Shown here: positions 53,827 through 64,000 of the stretch, one piece after another
Numbering within the stretch: the first letter of the stretch is position 1
Layout: every line of letters starts with the position of its first letter
Assembly (NCBI RefSeq): GCF_002105155.1
Contig: NW_019028989.1
Span: 682,001-746,000 of the forward strand
DNA from: Lobosporangium transversale
Lineage: Eukaryota
Reading direction: 5' to 3'
DNA: 64,000 bases
Translations under genes and position numbers: made by a program
Notes under the pieces: model-generated
The model's input: only the letters and a program-made list of their open reading frames with translations
Database searches by the model: none
What the model was told of the DNA's origin: nothing

Positions 53827-55372
53827 ATGTGTCAAGGTGCTGTGCCTGAATATTTCAAGTTTAAAGAGGCTCCTCCAGAGCTACCCCCAGGTTGGCTAGG
53901 GTCTCGGTTCCTACACGAATTAGATGTTATCGATCCTCATACACAGACGAAGGAGTACGTGGTGTCCAAAACAGCTCCATGTCCTATCATTGATGCCCAT
54001 GTTCATGGTAAATAATAATAAAAAAAAAAACACGATTTGTGATTAACATTGAACGAGATAACTTCAATTGGAGACTTTTCCCTCTTATTTAATGCATACT
54101 CGTGGGTTTCATTGTTAGTTTTCCCTCAGAAACTCATGGATGCTGTGTGGACGTTCTTTGACAACTTTTATTGGCCTGTTCGTTATAAGGGAACATATCT
54201 TGAAAGTAGAGCTGATTTCTTGATCGAGCATGGTGTCACTCATGTTGTGCTTCTGGTGTAAGTCTACCACACTAAAAAAGACGGATGAGCCAAGAAGCAG
54301 AGCACGAAAAGTAACAAAGTTTCTTTCACTCTACCTATTTTTTTTTTTTTCATTTTTTATTTTCATTATTATTATTACAAGATATGCACACAAGAACGGT
54401 ATTGCGCGCGATTTAAACAAATATCTCGCTCAAGTCGTCAACGACATGAATACACGCTATAATAAAAAGTTCTCAAAGGAAGAGGCATCCGGCCAGATTC
54501 AGAAACAAAAGAGAAGAAGAGTGGCTACGGGTCTTGCAACGGTCATGCCTGGAGAACCTGGAGCTAAAGACATCCTAGCAGAAGCATTTACAACATTGGG
54601 ATTATCAGGAATTAAAATGCATTCACATGTTCAGTCTGTTCCAGCGAATCATCCAAGCATGGATGAGGTCTATGAGACCTGTATCCGTTTCAACAAGCCT
54701 GTACTCATCCATGCAGGCAAAGCCCCCAATAGCTCTGCCTACAAGGTCGATGCAGGCAAGATTTGTGATGCTAGCATTGTGGAGGATGTACTCAAACGTT
54801 ATCCTCGCCTACGCATGTGTGTTCCTCATCTCGGTATGACTCCTTGGCCCATCTCTCTCTTTTTGGTCTAATCGGATACTGTGACTTGGCTTATTAACTA
54901 CTGTTTCGTATTCTCTTTTATACGTCTAGGCATGAACCAATATGAAGAGTTCTTTGATTTATTGGATCGATACCCTAATTTCTATCTGGATACGACCATG
55001 ACATTCGGCTCATTCTTTCAGACGTTTGAAGAAAACAAGCCTCTAGCAGAACTGCTTCGGACAATGTTTCTTAAGCACAGTGATCGGATCCTCTACGGGT
55101 CAGATTGGCCTAATATTCCATATTCATGGAGTCGTGAGATAGCTAACTTGGTTAGTTTGATGGATGGTGATGGTGATGTTATTTCTTCGGCTGTAGCAGG
55201 AGGAGGAAATCAAAAAGGTATACACCGTACAGCGGAAGGCGATACGGTATTAGAAAAGATCCTGTGGCGTAATGCAAGCCGATTCTATGGCATCTCTGAA
55301 GAGGACTTGGGATTGTCCGACATTAACTCTAGTGGCAGTCAAAATTCCACGCCATTCCCATCAAATCTGTAG
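53827..55372 (+). CDS. Amidohydrolase_2-family metal-dependent TIM-barrel hydrolase (multi-exon)
   Basis: IIDAHVH, GIKMHSHVQ, PVLIHAG, YPRLRMCVPHLG, FYLDTT, RILYGSDWP, ILWRNASRFY. Confidence 0.88.
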
Positions 55373-56034
55373 TTTAACATGGCGCTTTTTATATTCCAAA
55401 ATGTGTTTAAATGCTGTGCAAGTTATGGAGGGACATTGATGTAAAGATATTTTTAGTGTAGCCCGTTCCATTTGGTCGCGATCCCTTATATTTTTTGAAT
55501 ACTCTTAAATGTATTGGCAGCCAATTGACTCGCTTGTTATTGCAAGTGGTGTGACTGGTCAACTGGTCATTAAAATTAATTTCAGTTTATCTTGTATCCA
55601 CTAATCTGTCGAACCAGCTTAAAGGAATCTTTGCGCAAAGCCTTTGTAGTCATAGGCGGGTCCGCCTCACCTAGAAACTACCGAGTATAAAAGCCAAAGA
55701 AACTTCCTTCTTAATAAAGTCTTCAGTTTTCCCCACATGTCTTATTCTTCATCCGCAGTTCATCTTGCCATTTATCTTTTTCCCCTTTTCACAACAAGCA
55801 TTTGTCTTCCGGTAACTCATTTTGTGAGCTCACCTATAAAGCTCCCATCTTTTCTTTTGACATTCTATGGCGCTGTTTGTAGTCAAGGTTATTTGACTCT
55901 ATTTTCTCTTGTCAATCTTGTTGACACTCTTTGTCCTGCCTTTTCCTGATTGTGTCTATCTTTCTGTCCCTTAAGCAAAGATATTTTTTACAACAATGCC
56001 ACCAAACCAATTTATTATGATTAAGATATGTGGG

Positions 56035-56186
56035 GTCTATATGTTGTCTAAATAGTCCTCCTTATAAAAAAACACCATCTAGACCAAGCATAGAAATAAA
56101 GAGATTAGTCAAGAAAGCACTGTCGAGCTAATACTTACAACTTTTTCAAGACGAAGGCCTTTCCCGACCTAGTCATGTTTGTAGTA
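56035..56186 (-). repeat. Diverged copy of the 3' flank of the PIN-Fanzor gene (inverted relative to 60982-61175)
   Basis: Reverse complement tactacaaacatgactaggtcgggaaaggccttcgtcttgaaaaagttgtaagtatt matches 60982-61038 tactacaaacatgactaggtccagaaaggccttcgtcttaaaaaaattgtaagtatt; weaker similarity continues outward. Confidence 0.85.
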
Positions 56187-56540
56187 TCTCATGAAAAATT
56201 TTAGACAGACAAATAGTAACCAGGGAGCAGAAGTGAGAATAGGATGTGGGTTCACACATCACATCCATGGGGCATTTATCCAAATTTGTATCAAAATAAA
56301 ACTGCAAGTTTGTCTCGGGCACCACACCATGGGGCATAGAGCTGTTAGTATGTCTGTATTATAAATTTTCATGTAACACGTGTACTGTGAAATATGCAAC
56401 TGATCATATCCTATTGTTGTTGCCGGCTTGGTGTCTTTCCTCCCCATGGATTCAACGAAGGCTATTTTGGTATCTCGAGTTTGGACTCAACCTGTCAGTG
56501 AGCATTGGTGCAACGCATATAAGGCACACAGGCTGTTGAC

Positions 56541-57150
56541 GAGCCTACTTCTCACCTTCACCGTTTGACGCAGGTCAGGGTTGTGACGGTCTAGCGAAGA
56601 AAACGTAAGGGCATTAACAATACCAGGATCGGATTAGACGGTAGTTGTGGTATTTGCAAATGAGCATCGCCCTGGCTCATGGAATATGAGTCCAACGTTT
56701 TCAAGAAGTTTGGGGCCCCTCTTCCAGCTTATGTTTGCGTAGTCTTCATCTATCAGGCCTTCACCGGCTGCCTTTAAAACACGCCGTGTTAAGGAATCCT
56801 TGAGAAAGTTTCAATTCCTGGCTGAGATCTTCTTCATCTACGTCAGACTGCTGCTGTCTCTTCGTCTGGACTGTGTCATAGGCAAGTGGATTCAGAACAA
56901 GGCCATTGGTAAAGTCGTTCCTTTGAGTTTGAACCGAGTTATACCTTTGTCTTGTGCCTGTAGGGGTACCTTGTCTCGATAGCCATGAAACATGCGATCT
57001 CCTTCAATGTCACAAAGAGAGCCTGTATCTAGACTTCTTTTGTTCCCTGTACACATTCAAACACTGCAGCCTTGGAAGGATTGTCGAGAGGATGTCAGTT
57101 AGGACGTGTTCAGACAGATACACATACCGAGGGGGGACGTAAGGAAGTCT
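56541..57150 (-). pseudogene. PIN-Fanzor copy 3: degenerate fragment around the RuvC-I region
   Basis: Collinear nucleotide similarity to 21514-22181 (shared gaaaacgtaagggc.ttaacaatacca, cagactgctgctgtctcttc, aatgtcacaaa.gagagcctg, gttcagacagatacacata) with indels. Confidence 0.88.
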
Positions 57151-57327
57151 ATTTTTTTTATTTCTTGTTGATTGTCATGGCGAAGGCTTGATTTGGTAAA
57201 TGTAGATGATTGGAGAAGAGCTGTAAACAATACTCGAAATCCAAAAAGTTAAAACCTGTCGCTGAGAATCTTATTGTTTCGAGTTGTTCCAAATTCATCA
57301 GCCTTTTGTTTCGTTCTCTTTCATACA

Positions 57328-57337
57328 CCTATAAATA
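57328..57337 (+). promoter_or_regulatory. Putative TATA box of PIN-Fanzor copy 2
   Basis: CTATAAATA, then a pyrimidine-rich leader and a putative 5' UTR intron (gt 57463 to tag 57553) abutting the ATG. Copy 1 has TATAAAAA on the minus strand near 23455-23463. Confidence 0.4.
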
Positions 57338-57553
57338 CGTCCTGCCTCCTTCTCTTTTTCCCTCTCTCTCTCTCTCATTTACAACGACATTGCTTTCGCG
57401 CTCTCACCCGTACTCTTACACCCTCATCCCCTCACAGACCATAACTTTTTGCTTTCTTAAAGGTAAACTATCTCTACTCTAACAACTTCAGCTTCAATCT
57501 TTAGCCGCTTAAACCAACATTGCTTGCACTGTTTTACACTATACTTTCTCTAG

Positions 57554-60500
57554 ATGGGTATTAAAGGACTCTATTCATACCTTTCAAGGAGAGACCTGCC
57601 ACCAAAGGAGATTGATGTACATGAGCTTGCTGCTGAACCCCATTCATCTTTTGAGCTGGATCTGCTTGGCACTTTCCACAGCGATATACATAATATCATC
57701 CTAAGGAGATTCAGCCGGCAGAGTTCTTTCACTGCCTGCGGCCATGCTATGGCTAGTATCATTCGAAAGATCTTTGGTCCTCTTGCCACAGTGACGATAC
57801 ACATTGATGGGCCTCGCTGCGAAGAAAAAACGCGTGCCTATAGGGACCGAGATGCTAAGCGTACAGCAGCGGATGCAAAACTCGATACGCTCATAGCCAA
57901 CATGGAAACCAAGTCCAATGAAGGCAAATGGGAATCTCGAAGCCATATGATTGCCATTAAAAAGAATCTTCGACAGCTCTTCACATTCAGTCATAACGAG
58001 AAGAGGGAGCTCGTGGCGCCATTCGGTCGATACAATAACTTTGTGATTTGCCATTGTAGAAATGAGGCTGATGTGTGTATTGCCGCCAAATGTACACCAA
58101 CCAGTATCGCTGTGTCTGGGGACTCTGACCTTCTCATCTATCCTTCTATAAAAAGAGTTCTTCGTCCAATCCCTCGTCGCCATCACATGTTTGCACTCTA
58201 TGAGAAACAAGAGGTCCTGCAAGCCCTTGGGTTTTCAAGGAACAGTCAACTCCTGGTCTATGGCATTATATCCGATAACGATTACACCCCAAATATCCCA
58301 ACCTTTGGTCTTGCTACAAATGCTGAGATTATCTCCGCGCTCACTGACACTGATGCCGAAAAGTTGACGGTATCATATGTTCGTGAGGTCCATGCCCGTA
58401 GCCGTCGAACTCCTGCAGAAGGCCAGTTTGACCATTCAATTAATGTTTTCTTTGGTGGGATCCAAACCCAGGCCTCGCAGCAACCAACCGCTGAAAGATT
58501 CCTTCATTACCATGATAGAATGAGGACTGCGATATCTGCTAGGTACCAGAATAAAAATAATCAACCTCAACCCAGGTAAGCTCCTTCAAATGAACATTTT
58601 CCAAAGCATATACAAAAAAAAAAAAAAAAAAAAAAAAAAAGTCATCTAACCCTTGACATTGTTGTTCCTAATTAGATTCTATATCCCTAAACGCGCAAAG
58701 CCGAATCGCTATCGGCCTGTTTTCCCTACCCAGAAAAAGGAACTTTCCCCTAAGAAATATGACCTGACCAACTGCAAACAACACGACCGTCCCGTCAGCT
58801 CCAGCCGTCAAAGAAAGTCCCCCAAAAAAAAAGGAAAAGGAAAAAAAAGAGGATGACAAAGAAGAGGAGGTTAAGGAGGAAAAGAAGAAAAAAAAGAAGA
58901 ACAAAGGGAAGGCCAAGTATATCAGAAAGACTGATAAGACCAGGAAAGTGAAGGAGGCTACTGCCGAGGACCGACGGTTGAAGAGGGCCCACCCCACTGT
59001 TGCATTAACTCTGGGCACGTTAAAGACATGTGTAGTTGCCAAGCTGGACTCTACTTCCGATCCCAATCTCAATCCCGAGCAACTTGCTGCAACAATTCAA
59101 GGGCTCAATCAATCATTTATTAAAATGTTGAATGAGGCACGGATTCGAGCTTTCTGGGCCTGCGCCTTGTGGATCGATAACCTGCTTACCACTGGGCCAT
59201 CCAATCCAGCTGATCTCCCACAACTCCTAGATGAAGTTCTTGATAGCAGGGACTTTATTTACGGCCTTGCTGCGTTGTTGTATCACGGAGTGATGAGTCC
59301 ATTATCTAGGTATAGCAGGGAAGTGAAGAAAAAAGGCGAAGGGAACGTAGCCAAGCCGTCCCAGCTCAAAGCATACGAAAACTTCTATGCAAAGACAGGG
59401 CTTGGTCCTTTAAACCAGATCTATCCCGATTTGGTGATCAGCAAGTCGTCTCGGATGGTCATGGTCCCTGTTCGAGCAGCGCTAAGGTCTCACTATCGGA
59501 ATGCGCAGGTAAATATAATATTATAATATTTTGAGGTTATCTTATAATATGTTTATAGAAATGTTCCTAATCATTTCTTCAATATAATGTCTAGTTTGAC
59601 ATAGATATTCCAGGCGATGGAAGAAGTTCCATCCAATTCTTTTTTGAGCAAAATGCAACTGCCAAAAAATATCTGGATTTCCCTACGTCTGCTTTCCCGC
59701 CTCGGTCTCTCTGCCTAACGGAAGCCTGCCTCCTGGATATATTATGGTCTAACCCAACAGTTCGAGAGGAAATAGTCCAATTGTTGGAACTAAACATGAG
59801 TACCAAGGGGGCTGCGGAGGACAAGATCCTTAACCACAAGGGGATATTGTTGCAGGAGCTGTTTTCCTTGAAAGGATACAAGGACGTTGGACTGCAATCT
59901 GATGATGGCCCTAGAAGGAAACTACGGACATCGTTCTTTACAAACGGCCTTACCCTAACACTTCTTGCCTATGACACATCGAAGCAAAAAAGAGGTAGAG
60001 GTTCGCAAGCTGCCCAACCTTCGGATACTCAAAGATCTCAAGCAGTCCAGGCTTCTTCAAGTGCTCAGCAGGGATCCTCGTCTTCAGGCCATGGTGCAGG
60101 TGATGGTGGTGATGATGGAGACGACGACGGAAATGAAGATGACGATATCTTGCTGGGTATCAGCGATATTGACTTGCTGGAAGTTGATGAACCATTCTTA
60201 GATGGCGACGAGGGAGAAGAAGCAGCTGAAGAAGGTACATCGAGCACAAATCCACTGTCCCCGGTGAGTCCCAGTCCCCGGCGTGAGATCAACTGGAAGC
60301 AGAGATCCCGTCTCCTCGAGAATGTAGAAGTTAAATATGACACCCAGGCAGCATGCCCTCCCCCCGAAAGTACCATTATCATTGGGATCGATCCAGGCGA
60401 GAGGTACTCGATGACAATTGCAAAGTTGGATCCAAGGAAACCTAACGAACGTGAGATCCTCCGGATTTCTAGAGCGTACCTTTACAAACCATCCAAGAAG

Positions 60501-60972
60501 TTTCAGGGCGAGCTAGAGAGGCGAAAGCTTAGAAGAGGAATTACAGAGATTGAAAGCCATTGTAGGTTATCATGAATACTACACATCTGCCAAGTGTCCA
60601 CGACCTCACTGTGACAGTATATTGGAGAATGTTCCTTTTCGATCCAAGTACTGTCGAAATTGTAAAACATACTTTGATCGAGATGCTGTTGGTGCTGAGA
60701 ACATCGCAAGGGTCTGTGAGTCGCAGATAAGAGAGCAAAAACGACCTGCAAAATATATGCCACCGGACGGAGGAACTCAAGGCCAAGCTTCTAGCGGTAG
60801 TGGCGACGGTGGAGGTAGTGGTGGCAGTGGTGGCAGTGGTGGTGGTAGTAGCAGATCCACAAAAAGGGAATTTTCAGATGAAGGAGGAGGAGGAGTAGAG
60901 GGATCAAGACCACCGAAAGGACCTTTGCTGGGTCCAGGAGGAGGGGGAGAGACAAGCCGGCAACAACAGTAG
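57554..60972 (+). mobile_element. XPG/FEN1-like PIN nuclease fused to Fanzor-type RuvC, copy 2 (exons ~57554-58575, 58676-59508, 59595-60972; frameshifts and a deletion between RuvC-I and RuvC-II)
   Basis: MGIKGLYSYL, FELDLLG, IHIDG..EK, NEADVCI, SGDSDLL, DNDYTPNIPTFG (H3TH); Lys-rich linker; TVALTLGTLK; FTNGLTLTLLAYD; IIIGIDPGE (RuvC-I); VGYHEYYTSAKCPRPHC..KYCRNC..FDRDAVGAENIA. Confidence 0.88.
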
Positions 60973-61587
60973 GACACAATCTACTACAAACATGACTAGG
61001 TCCAGAAAGGCCTTCGTCTTAAAAAAATTGTAAGTATTGGCTTGATAGTACTTTTTTTTCTTGGTTAATTTATTTATTTATTTATTTCTGTGTTCTAATA
61101 CATTTCTTCTTTTTACAATTGATGGAATGTCTCGTTTTTTAATGGGACGGACTACACATGGGATAGACACAGCCCAAACGCCTCGAGGCGTCGTGGCTTT
61201 CTTCTGATGACATGAATCCCATGCCTGTGTTCCGTTGGGCAAAAAAGAGAAGCCAACACAGCATGCGGCGAAATCGTGGCTCTGTATGCGGGAAAAAAGA
61301 ATCGCGGGACGTACTATTTGCATGTAATTCACTCACTGAAAAAAAAGTTTTCTTTCTTTCTCACACAGTTGTTCTCTTTCTTTTTTTCTTTCTTCCTTTC
61401 TGATTGTTCATTTTGCATAATTATTAATTTCATTTTATTTCGCTCCACTTCATTTCATCGCAACTGTTGCTTTTTATACAAATCTACTCATTATAAAAAA
61501 TAAAAAGACATTCCAAACACTCAATCTCCTGTTTAATCTTTCTCTGATCCACAACAAAAATATCAGCAAAAAGAGAAAAAAAAAAAA

Positions 61588-62148
61588 TGTCACGACAAAG
61601 ACAGCATTGTTGTTGGTGCATTCCTCTACGATTAGCCACTTTCATCGGTGGGTTTCTTCTCGCTGTAAGTACACACCAAGCTACAAAACTATTGCCTTCA
61701 AAGTAAACTTCACCTTCTCTTTTTTCAACCCCTATTTCTATTTTTTTTTTTATCTACATTGCCTGTAAAGCGTGATCATCTTCAACCCAATGAACAATCC
61801 TAATGCTATTCTTGAATACTATCAATTTAGGCTCTCGGCGGTGTAGGAACCTGGCTTTACTTCACAAACCCCGATCTGCGTAAGTCTTGTTTCAGCAACG
61901 CTTTCACTTTTGTTCCTGATATCCCTTTCTAACTCAATCTTTTATTTTATTTTTCTCGCTCGCTTAGCTAAGCGCACTTTCTCTGTATCAGGTACATCCC
62001 AAAACCAGAACAATACCAACGATGAACAATAAAAAAAAAAAAAAGAGCAGATCCAGGTTGAATAGGATCTTGGATAGGGGCAATAGCAGAACAGGGATGA
62101 CATTTTTTTTATCTCCAAGGACCAAGGTTGCTATTATCATGTGTTGAC

Positions 62149-62179
<31 letters not shown>

Positions 62180-63492
62180 CCTTTCACTTAATAGGCGTCA
62201 CGTTATCCCCCTTAGAATCAGGACAGATACTTTGGTATTATTTTGCAGGTGTCAGTGTTCTGGCAGCAGCTGTAGGATTGTTTGGGATGTTTTCAGCTCT
62301 TGCAGCCAACAGGAAGGCTGTAAAAGCATTCGAGGCGTTGTACTTTTTGGCATTGATGACACAGGTGGCTTTTGTGATCTGGGCCATGACTTGGTGCAGG
62401 AAGAACAAGAGTAACTTCCTTACAGTCTGCAATGCTTCTAAAGATGGTCTGTTTGACCTCCCAGCCCCTGGATTTGTCTCGGGATGGTCCTGTGATAACA
62501 TGTTCTTGGCTCTGATGCTCTCCCTTGGCTTTGGTAATGCAATTTGGCTCATTTTCCATGTAAGTATATTATTGATTTGACATAAAAAAAAGACCGCTTG
62601 GGCTATTTACTATTTTAGTGGCGCATAGCCACAATGGAAAATTGGATTAGAAACAACACAAATTACATAGAGCGCAATTTATTGAGCTTGGATTGACCAA
62701 TCGTACCTCTCTTCCGTATTTGAAAATAACCACTAATCCATTTAAACAATAATTCAGATTTACATGACCAATCGTGTGATCCACTACGCTCGCGAGCTCT
62801 TTGCTGAGAAGGCGAACCGTTACAAGGTTCTGGGTGAGGCTGCAGTTAAGGAGCTGGATCGAGAGCAACAGATTCCTCTCAACTACACTAATATTGGAGG
62901 TTCTTCAAACGACCGCGAGCCTCCTCAACCTTCATACAGTGATGAGATTGAGTACAAAAATCCTCGCTCAGATGATTATCACCAGCAATCCAGAGCTGCA
63001 GCTGCAGGTTTTGGTTCTTATGGACATGACCTGCCTTCTCATCAGCAGCAGTTCCACCAGGGTTACCAGCCTTATACTCACCAACCTGCTGCTCCTGGAT
63101 TCAGCCATCGCGACTCTACTCAAGGACTGGATCTTGTGAATCCATACTATGATGATGGAACCATCCCTGCACCTCCGCCTCCACCTGTCGCTTCGTCTGC
63201 TCCTTTCGTGACTGTGCCAGGAGTTGGTCAATCGTTTGTTCATGGGTCCACCAATAAGATTCCCTCGCCATTTGATGATGATGTACCTGTTACTACACCT
63301 CCAGCACCAGCAACAGCACAGTCACCTAGCCAGGATATCAAAGTGCCAATGCCTCCATCACCACGCGACGAAGATGTTAAATCACCATCTTATCCTCCTG
63401 TGGATCTGCTTTCGCCTACTCTTGCTACACAACAAGCTAGTGGGAGTGGCAGCAACAACAATGGAAAGAGTGGTGAACCTTATCAATTTTAA
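61588..63492 (+). CDS. Multi-pass membrane protein with a Pro/Gln-rich cytoplasmic tail (multi-exon)
   Basis: MSRQRQHCCWCIPLRLATFIGGFLLA| N-terminal exon, hydrophobic helices in 62128..62580, long C-terminal exon 62764..63492. Confidence 0.75.
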
Positions 63493-63619
63493 AGAAAGGG
63501 ATTTAAGAGAGCATTATTTTTTCATATCCATCAATCTTTTCGTTCTAAATACCAAATACCAAATACCAAGCAAATATACGGTGTGTTCATCATATGTAAA
63601 TAAACTACAATAACATTTC

Positions 63620-63653
<34 letters not shown>

Positions 63654-63793
63654 GTCATAAAAGCAATGTTCTCTGGTAAAGATGGATCTGCTATTATGTT
63701 GTGTGTCTGGCTTTGTTTAATAGAGATAGATCTGCAAGCCATTTTAGACCAATTTTTTTAAAAAAAAAAGACTTGTCAGCAAACTAAAAAACC

Positions 63794-63824
<31 letters not shown>

Positions 63825-63877
63825 CGTAATATCTTTTCCCGGATAATTTGTCGCTTGTTTATCCCTTTTGAACAATG

Positions 63878-63921
<44 letters not shown>

Positions 63922-64000
63922 TTAGAAACCGATAAAAGCAAACTCTTGGCTTTGGATGGGCTGTATACTGTGTGTGGCGTTGCCAATGAGAAAGGTCCTA

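Noticed and set aside
55700..56030. Purine-rich minus-strand stretch that looks like a decayed CDS downstream of the conserved block
   Set aside because: Multiple stops and no recognisable motif; it cannot be supported as a gene.
57554..58579. Host DNA-repair gene (FEN1/EXO1/XPG) as a stand-alone call
   Set aside because: Too divergent from the conserved host enzymes, present in two decayed copies, and each time joined collinearly to a Fanzor-like RuvC region.

Overview
Intron-rich, AT-homopolymer-rich fungal genomic DNA. Gene content (Arm-like/NACHT/pentapeptide/WD40 protein, E2F, intron style) points to an early-diverging fungus, probably Mortierellaceae; this is inference. Housekeeping genes: RPB1, a REX1/RNH70-like DEDDh exonuclease, TAF9, DUS3, an Mth938/NDUFAF3-like protein, DUS1, a GT49 glycosyltransferase, TAF11, E2F, an amidohydrolase and a membrane protein. 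Two unusual structures stand out. (1) A family of spliced genes fusing an N-terminal XPG/FEN1-type 5' nuclease (PIN + H3TH, acidic active-site motifs retained) to a C-terminal Fanzor/TnpB-type RuvC + zinc-finger module. There are two diverged near-full-length copies (20.7-23.2 kb minus, 57.6-61.0 kb plus) with complementary deletions, plus a third fragment (56.5-57.2 kb). A conserved 3' block is a candidate omegaRNA or element end. (2) A ~9.9 kb palindrome at the window start: ~3.9 kb near-identical arms around a decayed pogo/Tigger-type transposase, with a duplicate of the RPB1 5' end. It may be real or an assembly artefact. All family calls come from motif recognition by eye, not from database searches.
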